Source of the DNA: Trypanosoma brucei
Taxonomy: Eukaryota
Length of the DNA: 64,000 nucleotides
NCBI GenBank assembly: GCA_000002445.1
Contig: CM000208.1
Coordinates: 3,040,001 to 3,104,000, forward strand
Direction of reading: 5' to 3'
Under the pieces are notes generated by a model that was not told where the DNA came from, did not search any database, and was given only the letters and a program-made list of their open reading frames with translations. Both the position numbers and the translations under genes were made by a program. Numbering within the stretch: the first letter of the stretch is position 1; each line of letters begins with the position of its first letter. Below, one piece after another: positions 10,294 to 20,800 of this stretch.

Positions 10294-11442
10294 TCACTCG
10301 TTATTCTCCATATTGGAGGCTTTCTCGGGAGAGCGTGCGGCGACGCTGTTCTTTCCCCTGTATCCTTGTTGTTGTATAACCTTATAGCGCAGCGTCCCAC
10401 GCCAATGATCATACAGTTGACTGACAGTTCTTGCAGGGTGCCACACGGAGCGGTAGGCGTAGTAAATTTGTTGAAACCTCTGCTGTCCCTTCGTGAAGCG
10501 TGCCAAACCTTTTATGATAGCTTCATCTTCCGATGCGCTAAATTTATACCGTTTTTGCTTGCCGGATGATGTCCCAACGCCCACATTAGCAAAGTTGCTT
10601 ACCTCACTGCTAGAGTGTGTTTCGATAGTAGAGCCCCTTTCAGACCCCACACGAAACTCACTCGGATTAGTAGGGTGTAGTGACGGTCCTCCAGCTCCAC
10701 GGTTGACCATTTCACCAACAGCATCGAAAGATGACACTGTGCGGGTGGTGCCCGGCAGTGCGGGCAGTTGTTCCAAGACGTCCAAGGCATTATTTTGTTC
10801 AGCTTCGTCAACAGTGTCATCACCGGAATTGGCAGCGGGACTCAACGTCTCACTCGCTGGCACTGGACTTTCCGGTCGCACATAGGCCCACTCCGTTACT
10901 TCAGGAGAATCACGCCGCCTTTTCGTACCAGCGGCACCGTTTGAACAAGTTTTCCATTTCCCTGGTGTTTGACCACAATCATACTCTCCCATGCAAGGGG
11001 AAGAGCGTCCAGTCAACGCGTCGTAGCCTTCACTAATAAGTGAGCGAAGGCGCTCCGTAGACGAGGTGATTCCTCCACTACCGTCATCGGGGTCACACTC
11101 ACCAGATTCAAGTCGCGCAATGATCTGTCGAAGATGAGCGTTTTCGTCAACAACGTGCCTTAACATCGCATACACATCAGCCACAGTCATCGGTTCAAGG
11201 TGTGACAACTGGTCCGTCTCCCTCTGGACACCCAAAGAAGAGGCTAATAATGCGGAGACGATTCCACTTCGGTATCCGCACGTACGCCAAAACTCCGAAC
11301 TGCCGTGGAGAGGTTCAAGCGCGACGGCGGCCGCAACTGAGAAGTTGTTGCCCTGCTTTATGTGCCCACAGAGAATCTTGTGGACCTCCGAGAAATCTGT
11401 TGGTGAAGGGGATGTGGATGGAACGCCAGCGTGACAGTACAT
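10294..11442 (-). CDS. TRF: Myb-domain protein, TTAGGG-repeat-binding-factor (TRF)-like telomere protein
   Basis: A 382-aa ORF with an ATG start that I verified. The C-terminus carries a single Myb/SANT-type helix-turn-helix (KQKRYKFSASEDEAIIKGLARFTKGQQRFQQIYYAYRSVWHPARTVSQLYDHWRGTLRYKV). The N-terminal two-thirds are helical, in the manner of a dimerisation domain. I recall TbTRF as a 382-aa protein with a C-terminal Myb domain; the symbol is tentative. Confidence 0.6.
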   Translation of the reverse strand: MYCHAGVPSTSPSPTDFSEVHKILCGHIKQGNNFSVAAAVALEPLHGSSEFWRTCGYRSGIVSALLASSLGVQRETDQLSHLEPMTVADVYAMLRHVVDENAHLRQIIARLESGECDPDDGSGGITSSTERLRSLISEGYDALTGRSSPCMGEYDCGQTPGKWKTCSNGAAGTKRRRDSPEVTEWAYVRPESPVPASETLSPAANSGDDTVDEAEQNNALDVLEQLPALPGTTRTVSSFDAVGEMVNRGAGGPSLHPTNPSEFRVGSERGSTIETHSSSEVSNFANVGVGTSSGKQKRYKFSASEDEAIIKGLARFTKGQQRFQQIYYAYRSVWHPARTVSQLYDHWRGTLRYKVIQQQGYRGKNSVAARSPEKASNMENNE

Positions 11443-11804
11443 TGCCCCCCTGGAATTACGTCAACAAAGTATATGAGAAAAATATAAAAGAACAACCAAA
11501 TTTTGATGTTGTATACTGAAGTCTTGTGTATTAACAGCGCGCAGTAGTCACGTATAAGCGGAATGATAAATACCCTTTTATGAATCCCTGTTTTCCTTAT
11601 ATATCTCCCTGGCAATACGCGAACTTGTGTGGTTGTATGAATGCTTGTATTTCTCTCAACAATTTATGAATGAAATTCGGTTGTAGCTAGTTATCACTAT
11701 GTTCCTTCACTTACAGAAAACCTTTTGGGAGGCGCCCTTGGAGAGAGACAAAAAAGGAAGAAAAAAGCAAGTTCGATGCCACACGGAAACATGAGCGACT
11801 GGGA

Positions 11805-11812
11805 GAGGGGGT

Positions 11813-11834
<22 letters not shown>
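11805..11834. repeat. (AT)15 microsatellite
   Basis: Perfect atatat... run in an intergenic region. Confidence 0.9.
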
Positions 11835-11846
<12 letters not shown>

Positions 11847-11881
11847 AAATGTTCGCGGCCACAGCACCTTGTGTAATAATT

Positions 11882-13966
11882 CTAATCTATGGTAAAAATA
11901 TGTTTGTTGCTCAAAGGAACCTCATTCATGCACTCACGAAGTTTCGCTTCAGCCGCTTCCTGCAGTTTCGCTGCGTTAGCACGCCGCTTCAGCCGCTCGG
12001 CTTCTCGCTGTGCTTCACGCTCAACGCGCTGTGCCTCTTGACGCTCCTCCTCCTCCGTCATATCCAAGCGCTGCTGTACGCCCTGACGCCATGCGTCCTG
12101 TCTTCGCCGCAAAGTTTCCAGCTCCTCTTCCTTCCTCCGCTCATCCGAAGGACCGTCTGAAGGAGGAACCGCGGCGGTAGCAGCTGGCATTACCGTTGCC
12201 GCTTCAACCGGGGTGTGGTTGTGATCAATACTGCTATCGACTACCGCACCGTTACCCAATGCACAACCTTCTGTGACAGTGGTATCGGTGTTTGTATCCT
12301 TTCTGTTCTCACCACTTTTCTTCTCTATCTCTTCTCTCTCTACCCGCTCCCGCTCTCGTCGTGCGGCCTGAACCTTCTCCATCACCTGCCGCACGCGCTC
12401 CTGATCAGACATTGTGGAAAACTGTGGTGTAGAGACGTCTTCCTCCCTCCTTTCCACATTCTTCTCCATTGAATTTGGAACCGCCGTGCCGGTGTGAACG
12501 TCTTCACTTTCTGTAGTAGGATTTGCATCATCATCGACGGTTGCGGTGTCTGCCTTCTTCCCGTCGGTATGATGATCATTGAGCACCTGCTCTCCTCCGG
12601 CGTCGGCGTCCATGGGGGCATCAGCAGTACAACTCCCCATCAATTGCTGCCGCATATCCGCTGCGCTCACTCCCGTAGGAGCTGGTGGCACAACCCGTAA
12701 CACCAACGTCAGCGTGCTGCGCTTCCGTTCAAATTTCGCCTCGAGTGGTGTCGGTTCAACCGTGAAGGGTAGTAGCAGGGAACCGTGGTAATTGTGCAGG
12801 TTACTACGAGCAATTTTCACGTACATGCCCTCCACCTCCACATCGAGTGCAGAGGAGGACTGCAAACCCACAAATTCCATTTTCACAACGAGAGCCTCGG
12901 GAACGCCGATGCGGCGGTCCACAATCTTCCATCCCCACGTATCAGAGAGGTCAATGTGACCACGATGGGCAATGGTGTACTGCGGCATGTTCTCCTCTTC
13001 AGGTGTTCCTCTCCTGGTGGAACTTCCTTTGGCTTCTTCACTAATTACTTTTTTATCCTTTCCCTTATTCCCATCGCTTCGACATCCGACGCTACCGGCG
13101 ATCCCCTTCTCCGATGAGGAACCTCTGCCCGACTTTTCCTCCGCGACCTCCAGTGGTTGGGGGAGCTTTTGCGTTGGCCGTTTCAACACTGGTTCATTTG
13201 CCGCTAGTTCAAAAGGTGATTTGCCCTTCTCCCGCCTGACCGTTTGGTTTTGCAGGCTCCCCACTGACGCGACGTCACTGGACAACCGACGAAATTGAAA
13301 ACCGTGGTTATCTCCGTAACCTGTGTTGATATGCTCAACGGCAATGTTCACCAGAAAGCAACAAAAACGGTCGCTTCGATCTGCCAACTGCAACGTGTGT
13401 GGGTGAAACACCGCATCATAGACAACCACAGCATCCGGGCCACAACTCTCGACCTCTTGCCCTTCCTCACCCGCATTCCGATTTGGTTCCTCACTGAACA
13501 ACTCTGTTCGTGGTTTCGAGATAGAAACCGGGACGAACCAATTACTACTATTGCGATCACCTGTAGTTTCCTCACGGAAGGGGTCAATCTTCTCACTGCT
13601 ACACATATTAATGTATACGGGCGTGTTCGCATGCTTTTTTGCCTGCGCTGCCACTGACGAAGTGGCTTTCACACGATAGGATGTTTTTGCTTCCAAAAGC
13701 TCCACAACGAAACCCGGACGCGGAAAGACAAAGTCAAAGCTATAATCCCCTCCTTCCCTTGCCTCCCGCTCAACTTGTTCAAGATAGGCCTCTTCTTCGC
13801 GGCGGGTTTCGGGGTCTTCCATGGACTTCATGTATTCTTGAAACAGCTTCAAGAACTTCGGGTCATCCATTTTTTTTCTGATTGTTTGAATCTCCTCAGG
13901 TGTGGGGGTAAATGTTTCCCCATCCTTCGTGTTCTTATTCATAAAATTAACTGTTTCTAGTGGCAT
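11882..13966 (-). CDS. PIH1-domain plus CS-domain protein (kintoun/PF13/DNAAF2-like R2TP-type co-chaperone)
   Basis: The track start at 14038 is TTG, so I moved it to the first ATG at 13966 (MPLETVNF...). The N-terminal PIH1 motifs are FPRPGFVVELLEAK...PVYINMCSSEKI and VYDAVFHP...FLVNIAVEHI. A CS/p23-like beta-sandwich follows (YTIAHRGHIDLSD...YVKIARSNLH...TLTLVLRV). The C-terminal tail is acidic and charged, coiled-coil-like. Confidence 0.65.
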   Translation of the reverse strand: MPLETVNFMNKNTKDGETFTPTPEEIQTIRKKMDDPKFLKLFQEYMKSMEDPETRREEEAYLEQVEREAREGGDYSFDFVFPRPGFVVELLEAKTSYRVKATSSVAAQAKKHANTPVYINMCSSEKIDPFREETTGDRNSSNWFVPVSISKPRTELFSEEPNRNAGEEGQEVESCGPDAVVVYDAVFHPHTLQLADRSDRFCCFLVNIAVEHINTGYGDNHGFQFRRLSSDVASVGSLQNQTVRREKGKSPFELAANEPVLKRPTQKLPQPLEVAEEKSGRGSSSEKGIAGSVGCRSDGNKGKDKKVISEEAKGSSTRRGTPEEENMPQYTIAHRGHIDLSDTWGWKIVDRRIGVPEALVVKMEFVGLQSSSALDVEVEGMYVKIARSNLHNYHGSLLLPFTVEPTPLEAKFERKRSTLTLVLRVVPPAPTGVSAADMRQQLMGSCTADAPMDADAGGEQVLNDHHTDGKKADTATVDDDANPTTESEDVHTGTAVPNSMEKNVERREEDVSTPQFSTMSDQERVRQVMEKVQAARRERERVEREEIEKKSGENRKDTNTDTTVTEGCALGNGAVVDSSIDHNHTPVEAATVMPAATAAVPPSDGPSDERRKEEELETLRRRQDAWRQGVQQRLDMTEEEERQEAQRVEREAQREAERLKRRANAAKLQEAAEAKLRECMNEVPLSNKHIFTID

Positions 13967-14966
13967 GGTTCGTGTTCTTTGCACTTCGTCACCTATCCCA
14001 GTCACGTAAAGAGAGAGGATGAGAGGAGAGATACACAAAAGGAACAGTTTCTACAGCACCAGGGGAAATGTGATAGCATCGTGCGTACAACGGCACAGGA
14101 AAGAGAATATTTTCGTAGTGATGACCAACGAACGGACCATAGCACAAGACCGTCTCCCTTTGAAGGCAAAATGCAACCCAGACGCAGCGGGGGCTACACA
14201 CCAGTCTCTTGATGAATGAAGGAGAGGGCGGTGGAAATAAAGAGCAAAACAAAGCAGTAAGAAAAGATAATTACACATACACGAATATATCTCTGGGGTT
14301 GAAAGAATCCCCTTCAACCCCCACAACCGTGCCGCCAAAACTCACATCGCACTAGCACAAACATCATTGGCGCCCGCCATATCAGCGTCAACTACTGTAC
14401 CATTGAAAAGACGAAGGTGGGGAAAAGAGGGGAGAAACAAACCAAACCCAAGACAGGATCTGCAAAATGGGTGGGGCTGAGAGTGGCAGCCCTACTTGCG
14501 TACACCCTAAATTTTATTCCTCCCAGTTGAACATCAAAACGCCAACCCTCAAAGGCTGTCACCGCACCCGATGGATGTTGAAGGGCATGGCAGCAGGAAC
14601 TCGAGCACAACTTCACTTGGGCCGCAATGCACCATAGGACAGCATGTACTCATGACACAACCACCCTGCCCAACCAACATACAGAAAGGTAAAGCAAGAA
14701 GGGAATAAGTAAAAATTAAAAAAAAAGGAGGAGGACAACACGACAGTGTACAGTTGCACCCACTCCAATATGTACTCAGCCGTACCGCTCACACTGTAGA
14801 GTCTTCAACAACCTTTTATCATATCACGTCCCTTAAACACATCCTTGTTATACACATAGTCAGGTGTGAGCACGCAGTTACACATGCCCTTCCCTCCTCT
14901 CCATTAGCATTGTACCCTTAACCATCCCCTATATGCGTGCAATAACGAAAGGGGAAAAATTAAAAA

Positions 14967-17900
14967 TTAGTGTTTTTGTTTTCTACGCTTCCGCTTCGTA
15001 TGCCCTCGCTTCTTCCCCTTGCGAGCCTGTTTTGTCTCAGGTGTTTTGTCGGATGCTGTGACTGTTTCAGAAGGACTTTTGCCTCCACAGCTACTTTCAC
15101 CGCCGTTCTCGGCTCTTCTCTTCACTACTTCACTGTTAACAGTTGTATTGGCGTGTGCTGGACGCCTGACGCTCTCTGGTGTGCACAGTCCCGCCGTGCT
15201 GTCGTTCGTGGTGTCGTCGTTCGTACGCAACCTCTGTTCATTTCTTCTCTGCAAGGCATAATTGCGGCCAGATCCGGCCACCTGTGGGGAATGACGCTCG
15301 CACCGCGTTTGCAAACCCATTGAATGGAGTCGTTCCGCCTGTCTCTCCATCGCCTCCCGTGAAAGCCGCTCACGCCTTCGTTGATCATTCCGCAACTCAT
15401 CTAATAACTCACTAAAGTGTTGCGTCGTTTTCCACTTGCGTAAGAACTCATCATACAACCTAGCGGTTGCATCATCAGCATGACCACTTTGGACACGTCG
15501 CACATGAAAACCAAGGCCCCCACGGGCACTCGTGAAACTCTTGTATGTCTTTCCGTTGTAAGATCCTGTTGCATTATATCGCCTACTTCTAGACACTGAC
15601 GAGGAATCTTTGTCAGTGGACGCATACGACAATCCGTTGGCATAGTTGAAGTTTTCCTCTTCGTCCCAAACACTTTCAGCCTGCCCCTTCGACACTTTGC
15701 TATAAGTTCCATTCTTCCCCAACTCAAAACCTCTACCCGCCATCTCTCGGGCCGTCCTCACATCCCATGGCTTCATGTCTGACGCACTGCTGACATTGTT
15801 GTAGTACTTATGAGTGCATAGTTCGCCTATGCCTACTGAAGATGATGCTCGGCGCGGTGGCGATGCCGAACACGGGGTGAAGCAAGTCAGCAGAAGGCCA
15901 TCCGAATGCATGGAAATATCCTTCTCGCCGTTGAATTGCTTATACCTTTTCTTACTTACAGGGTTGTTGCGCGTCCGTGGAACAGAAGGGGCTGATCCTC
16001 CGTCAAGAAAGTTCGGACTTCTCTCACCTTTTCGGCCGCTTTCCCGCTTCTCTAAGCTGCGAAGATTGGTTATTTGCAAACTGCCCCGCGTACCACTCTG
16101 GCGATCGCTATTCTGTTGACCATTTGCCACGGACACGCTGTGACCTTTTGCGGCCGGCTCTTCCGGTGCACGGACAAAGATGGGAGGCATGCTGACCAAA
16201 CCATTCGCGGTGGGGGACATTTCGTTTCCTTGTCGGTGTTTTTCCTTCAAAACGGTATCCTGCCGCACATCTGCATCATCTACAATATTACTGTGTTTCT
16301 TTCCTTCGGTCTGAAGAGAAGCTGCTCCGTTGGAAGGGTTCTTAGGTTTAGCCCTCACCGACACGGGGCTTCCACGTCTCGTCGGCGGGTTACTTGGGTC
16401 ATTATTTTCCTCTTCATCATCACCGTAGGAGGTCAGACTTGTGCTGCTGCTATTGATGCCATCCTCGTTAGTGCGACGTACGCTACTTCTCAGGTGGTCT
16501 TCCGATTGCGCTTGCTTGTTTCCTGTACCTTCTTCTTGATCTGGCTTCTTTTCCGCCATCGAAGCAGGAGGCGGAGAAGTATTTTCAAGAGACGGGTGAT
16601 TCACAATCGAGAAATCACCTTCCTTTGTGTACGAGTTAGTTGAAAACGAGGGAAGATTCTCGTGATTATCCGCATGGAACATCGACGGTGATCTTCCGGT
16701 GGCCCTGCAATAAACTTCGTAGGTTGTGACCGCCTGCGCAATATCTTTAAGTCGCTCACCAGTTCCTTCAAAAAAATGGTTGGTTTCAGTCCACATTGAC
16801 TTCAGTTGCTGAAGGTCCGGTGCATGTCGGTAGTCGGACGTATAAGGCAGTACAAGTCCCCACATACACTGCGAGTCAGCTGTGGCGGAACTCTTGCCTT
16901 TAGTCGGTGTGCGTTTCCCCCACTCGCGATCATAAACAACGGAATTTTGCACAGCATATAACGGAAACGTGTTAACACGAGGGACGCTCCGCAACAAAAC
17001 ACCAACTGCTGCGCACCATCCTCCCTCTTCTTCCACTAGTGGCAGCCGGAGCAAACACCGCGTGAATGTTCCCTCGCTGCATTCCATGAGCATTACCAGG
17101 AATAAGCCAAGCTCGTCTAGTTGATCACGATCGTGGCCGGAAATGGGCACCTTGAGTGGCAGCTTGCATCGGCCCTCCGGAAGACCCTTCTCGTTTACCC
17201 AAAACAATTCACACGTGTCGAGTGAAAGGTGCGCCTTATCACGAGCCACGACGAGGGATCGTCCAGAAGAAAACCCGCTTGTTGCCGTAGCAGATATGGT
17301 ACAACCATGGGAGGTGCAGCGCCCCTTTTCTGTGAGGACGAGGTTACTCCTGCCTCCATAAACCGCCTCGAGACTGCTGTCTCGAATCTCCAGACTACCC
17401 TGGTTTCTAACCCAAATACTGCCGCTGTTCTGTGAGAAGACACTGCGGAATACCACAGCACTACTTGTGTCGCTTACGATGAGGCTGTGGCCACTGCAGC
17501 GGCTGACACTCACATTTTCGACCTCAAGCGAAGCATTATCAGTAAGCATCATTGCTGTGGATGCCACTCCAGACCCCAAGAAGCTGCTGTTGTGTACATT
17601 CAGTGTTGCGCGCCCTGAACCCAAAAGGACTGGAATTTCGGAACCCCCAACGTCAGCTGCCGATCCACAATTGTGTACAAATTCGCATTCAGAGAAGGCG
17701 CACAGATTTGTTGCAGAAACATGCACACTCGCAAACGATTCTGTTGACGAAATACCTCTGTGAACGCGCTGTGCAGCAGCTCCAAACATACACTCGTTGA
17801 AAAACACCGGACCATCACCCGTCACCTCCACGCGATTTGCAAACCACACACACTTGAAAACAATCAACGAATGGGCATCGATCTTCACCGGTTGCTTAAA

Positions 17901-18230
17901 AACACTCCACAGAGACCTACCGCTGTCGCCACGTGACTCCTTCCTCGAATCCGCTGACTCGCCGTCAGTAGAAGCCGCAGGCGGTGCTGCACCCATAATA
18001 AGACAAGGGGCGCCATTTTTTATGTAAGACTGCCCATAATCACCATTCTGAAGACAAACACGAAAGGACTGACTCCCAGCTATTTTTTTCAGCTCGGCAG
18101 GCAACGTCGCCGGTGAAGCGTGTGTGGTTAAGAGCGAAGGGGCGCTTTCCATAAAGTTGGCGAACGCGATTCTCACACTGGACACATTCCATGAGGGGGT
18201 CAAACAACCCTCATTGGTTGCTTCGGTCAT
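14967..18230 (-). CDS. Conserved hypothetical protein with parallel beta-helix-like repeats and a Ser/Arg/Lys-rich basic C-terminal half
   Basis: A 1087-aa ORF with an ATG start that I verified. The N-terminal 400 aa show about 22-residue periodic N/S/G/V repeats (NVHNSSFLGSGVAST..VENVSVSRCSGHSL..VFRSVFSQNSGSI..) typical of PbH1-type beta-helices. The C-terminal 500 aa are low-complexity S/R/N-rich and end with KGKKRGHTKRKRRKQKH, which looks like a nuclear localisation signal. Confidence 0.6.
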   Translation of the reverse strand: MTEATNEGCLTPSWNVSSVRIAFANFMESAPSLLTTHASPATLPAELKKIAGSQSFRVCLQNGDYGQSYIKNGAPCLIMGAAPPAASTDGESADSRKESRGDSGRSLWSVFKQPVKIDAHSLIVFKCVWFANRVEVTGDGPVFFNECMFGAAAQRVHRGISSTESFASVHVSATNLCAFSECEFVHNCGSAADVGGSEIPVLLGSGRATLNVHNSSFLGSGVASTAMMLTDNASLEVENVSVSRCSGHSLIVSDTSSAVVFRSVFSQNSGSIWVRNQGSLEIRDSSLEAVYGGRSNLVLTEKGRCTSHGCTISATATSGFSSGRSLVVARDKAHLSLDTCELFWVNEKGLPEGRCKLPLKVPISGHDRDQLDELGLFLVMLMECSEGTFTRCLLRLPLVEEEGGWCAAVGVLLRSVPRVNTFPLYAVQNSVVYDREWGKRTPTKGKSSATADSQCMWGLVLPYTSDYRHAPDLQQLKSMWTETNHFFEGTGERLKDIAQAVTTYEVYCRATGRSPSMFHADNHENLPSFSTNSYTKEGDFSIVNHPSLENTSPPPASMAEKKPDQEEGTGNKQAQSEDHLRSSVRRTNEDGINSSSTSLTSYGDDEEENNDPSNPPTRRGSPVSVRAKPKNPSNGAASLQTEGKKHSNIVDDADVRQDTVLKEKHRQGNEMSPTANGLVSMPPIFVRAPEEPAAKGHSVSVANGQQNSDRQSGTRGSLQITNLRSLEKRESGRKGERSPNFLDGGSAPSVPRTRNNPVSKKRYKQFNGEKDISMHSDGLLLTCFTPCSASPPRRASSSVGIGELCTHKYYNNVSSASDMKPWDVRTAREMAGRGFELGKNGTYSKVSKGQAESVWDEEENFNYANGLSYASTDKDSSSVSRSRRYNATGSYNGKTYKSFTSARGGLGFHVRRVQSGHADDATARLYDEFLRKWKTTQHFSELLDELRNDQRRRERLSREAMERQAERLHSMGLQTRCERHSPQVAGSGRNYALQRRNEQRLRTNDDTTNDSTAGLCTPESVRRPAHANTTVNSEVVKRRAENGGESSCGGKSPSETVTASDKTPETKQARKGKKRGHTKRKRRKQKH

Positions 18231-18600
18231 ATCTCCCGGGGAGGGGGAGTGAGAAGCGAATAGTGGGTCAACTTTGCACTCTTGAGGGAGGGGAGGGTGG
18301 GAAAGGTGCGGGGGTCAAAGAAAAAAAAGTAAAACATTTACATGACGACAATTCCGAAAAGGGCAAACAGGTACACCAACAAAGGCAAATTCATGAGACG
18401 CAAGCAAGAAGGTAAACGGCGAAACAATGTTAGACGACTCCTTTCAAAGTAAGTAAACTGTTCGTTTCTTGAAAGCTACTTGCACACATGCGAGTATGTC
18501 TGAGGCGATAACGAGTATAACGCACGCGCCTTCCTCGGTACGAAAAGTGCAACGAAAGAGGGGTAGCTGTGTTCCAAACAACTGTACCATCCCCTCGTAC

Positions 18601-19923
18601 CTAGGGCGGAAAAAGTTTCTGGCGAATATCAACCCGCCGCTCCGCAACAATCGTTGCCACTTCCAAAAGGTCCGCCGATGTATACGGAGAATCGATAGAT
18701 GGGATGAAGCCCCACTGCAACTGCCAGGCGGCCCGACCTTCGCCAGTGGCCACAGATATGCCATCACCGCCGCCGCTAACTGGAGCACCCACCACACCGC
18801 GTTGTTTTGGATTTGTAGCCGGAGACGCGTAGCAAAGAGAAAGTTCCTCACCCTCCTTGATCTCACGAATGCTGAACGTGTGCAAGTAAGGCTCGTACAA
18901 CAACTCAGAATCAACCCCAGCCAGCATATTGTCGAACACGTCGATTCCGCAGAAGCTCTCTTCAGTAGCCATTGTGTAATAGCAGTTAGGTTCCGGGCTA
19001 TGGTTAAGCTTGTCCACAACAGGGATAAGAGTAGCCGCCCCGGTGCGACGTGAAAGCACCAAACTCACCCACCATGCATACTCTTCCTTTGTCAGCCTTT
19101 CGCGCAGAAACACACTAAGCGGCAGGCCTTCCATATCGCGATGGAAGTACTCCCACAACTGAAGTGCCGGGCTGCTGGTATCCTCCAAACCAGTGGTGAC
19201 GCCGACAGACGACTTCGCCTTACCTAACAATTGTGTCACCTCCCCCATTTCTAAAAATGGAAGGTTGTTGCAGGGTGTGACCGATTTCTTTAGGTAGTCC
19301 ACATACCCAGCATGCGAAGGAGGAGGATCACCCGAACACTCCACGGCCACAAGTTGACCGACCAGGTCTTCTACGTGCATGAAAAAGGACGTTAACGGGT
19401 CGGTGGCTGGTGGTGGACTAGAGAAAAAAATTGCAGAGGTGGGAACACTCAACAGAAAAACACCGGGAAGGATATTTCGTGTGGCCACAAAAGAGCTTCC
19501 ACGAGGTGCATTTGCTGCTTCTGGTTGTGCTAGCGTCAGGAACGGTGATATTACGGCCTTCAAATCGGTAATGCAGCTCCGTGCAAAGAGAAAGTCATCC
19601 ATGTTGGGCGACAAGGTTCCAGTTGGAACCACAGCCAGTTTGTTCCGCATACAGTCCCGCCACCAGTTCCGCCGCATCCCACTCATCACAGCACATCGCC
19701 ACCGACGAAGCGATGTAACACTCATGCCAAGTTCGCGGCAGAAGAAGTTTATCACCTCTTCACCATCTGCTGCTGTCGATATCTCAAGAGGTAATAGCAT
19801 CTTAATTGAATCCTCACGAGAAGGACAGTTCAGCGATGAGGCTATATCCTTGTAGAGGCGGACAATGGTAGGCAACGAGCAGTGCAGGTTGCGCAGTAAA
19901 GCCGGGGGGCTCTGAGTCGGCAT
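18601..19923 (-). CDS. SET-domain protein lysine methyltransferase
   Basis: A 440-aa ORF with an ATG start that I verified. SET signature motifs are present: LIPVVDKLNHSPEPNCYY (the NHS-x-x-PN motif), and EELSLCY towards the C-terminal part of the SET fold. Confidence 0.75.
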   Translation of the reverse strand: MPTQSPPALLRNLHCSLPTIVRLYKDIASSLNCPSREDSIKMLLPLEISTAADGEEVINFFCRELGMSVTSLRRWRCAVMSGMRRNWWRDCMRNKLAVVPTGTLSPNMDDFLFARSCITDLKAVISPFLTLAQPEAANAPRGSSFVATRNILPGVFLLSVPTSAIFFSSPPPATDPLTSFFMHVEDLVGQLVAVECSGDPPPSHAGYVDYLKKSVTPCNNLPFLEMGEVTQLLGKAKSSVGVTTGLEDTSSPALQLWEYFHRDMEGLPLSVFLRERLTKEEYAWWVSLVLSRRTGAATLIPVVDKLNHSPEPNCYYTMATEESFCGIDVFDNMLAGVDSELLYEPYLHTFSIREIKEGEELSLCYASPATNPKQRGVVGAPVSGGGDGISVATGEGRAAWQLQWGFIPSIDSPYTSADLLEVATIVAERRVDIRQKLFPP

Positions 19924-20097
19924 CCTTTTCCACTTTCTCCCCCACCCCCAGCTGCCCTATTGCCTATTTTCCAGTGGATGAACATCAGTTCACCAAGAAG
20001 CAAGAATAGCAATTCAGCAAAAGGGAAAGCTGTACTACAGCAGTTGGCATTATAAACAAACAAATAATCGAGGCTCTTCAGTGGTGAGTTGAGACTT

Positions 20098-20109
20098 GGG
20101 GGGGGGGGG
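20098..20109. repeat. G12 homopolymer (C12 on the coding strand of the flanking genes)
   Basis: A perfect run of 12 G in the SET to ProRS intergenic region. Confidence 0.9.
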
Positions 20110-20800
20110 CGAGGAATCTTCTTCCCTGAAATCCCCTTAAAATATCACCTCCTCCGTTTTCCACTGTCGGTGATGACGAAAAATGTTTAGCGTGGCATAA
20201 TTGAAACCATTTTCCCTATTGACCACCTCTTAGCTCTACCCGTTTTACGTTACAGCGGCGGTGAACGACAAGAGTTTTAGCACTGACTCCACGTAGCCTC
20301 TCTCGTCTTCACTACTGCACTCCGAAATTAACTCGCCTGAAAACATTCCTTTTTGCTTCCGTTCCTCACACTCCAGTGTACTCCTCTTTCCTTTACTTAT
20401 TTCTTCGCACACATTCTCTCCTCAACCACCTGTCTTCTCCCACCCCCATCAGTTTGTTGAAAAACGTTTTGACCGTTCCCGTAGCGAACGGCAGCGGTTA
20501 TTTCCTCTTCTCGCGCTCACAAGACGACACCAGCAGCCACTTCCCGTCGTGTGCTCATGAGATGAAATCGATAGTGAAACCACATTATAATAATTGGACA
20601 GCGAAAGAAAAAAAAACCAACCGGCAAAAACAAGGAGAGGGAATACAATAAAGAAGTAGGGATAGGGGAAGAAACAACTGCAAGGGGAAAGAGAAAGAAG
20701 ACAGCAGTACACAATGATGCAAATTATTGACCATTGCCAGGACATCATTTCAGAGGAATATGAAAGGAAAAAAACAGGTGACTTATGTGCTGGCTCTGTT

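Noticed and set aside
18444-19053. Overlapping ORFs of about 190 aa on both strands at the 3' end of the SET gene
   Set aside because: They are out of frame with the SET CDS and overlap it. The SET reading frame has clear domain signatures, so the alternatives are spurious.
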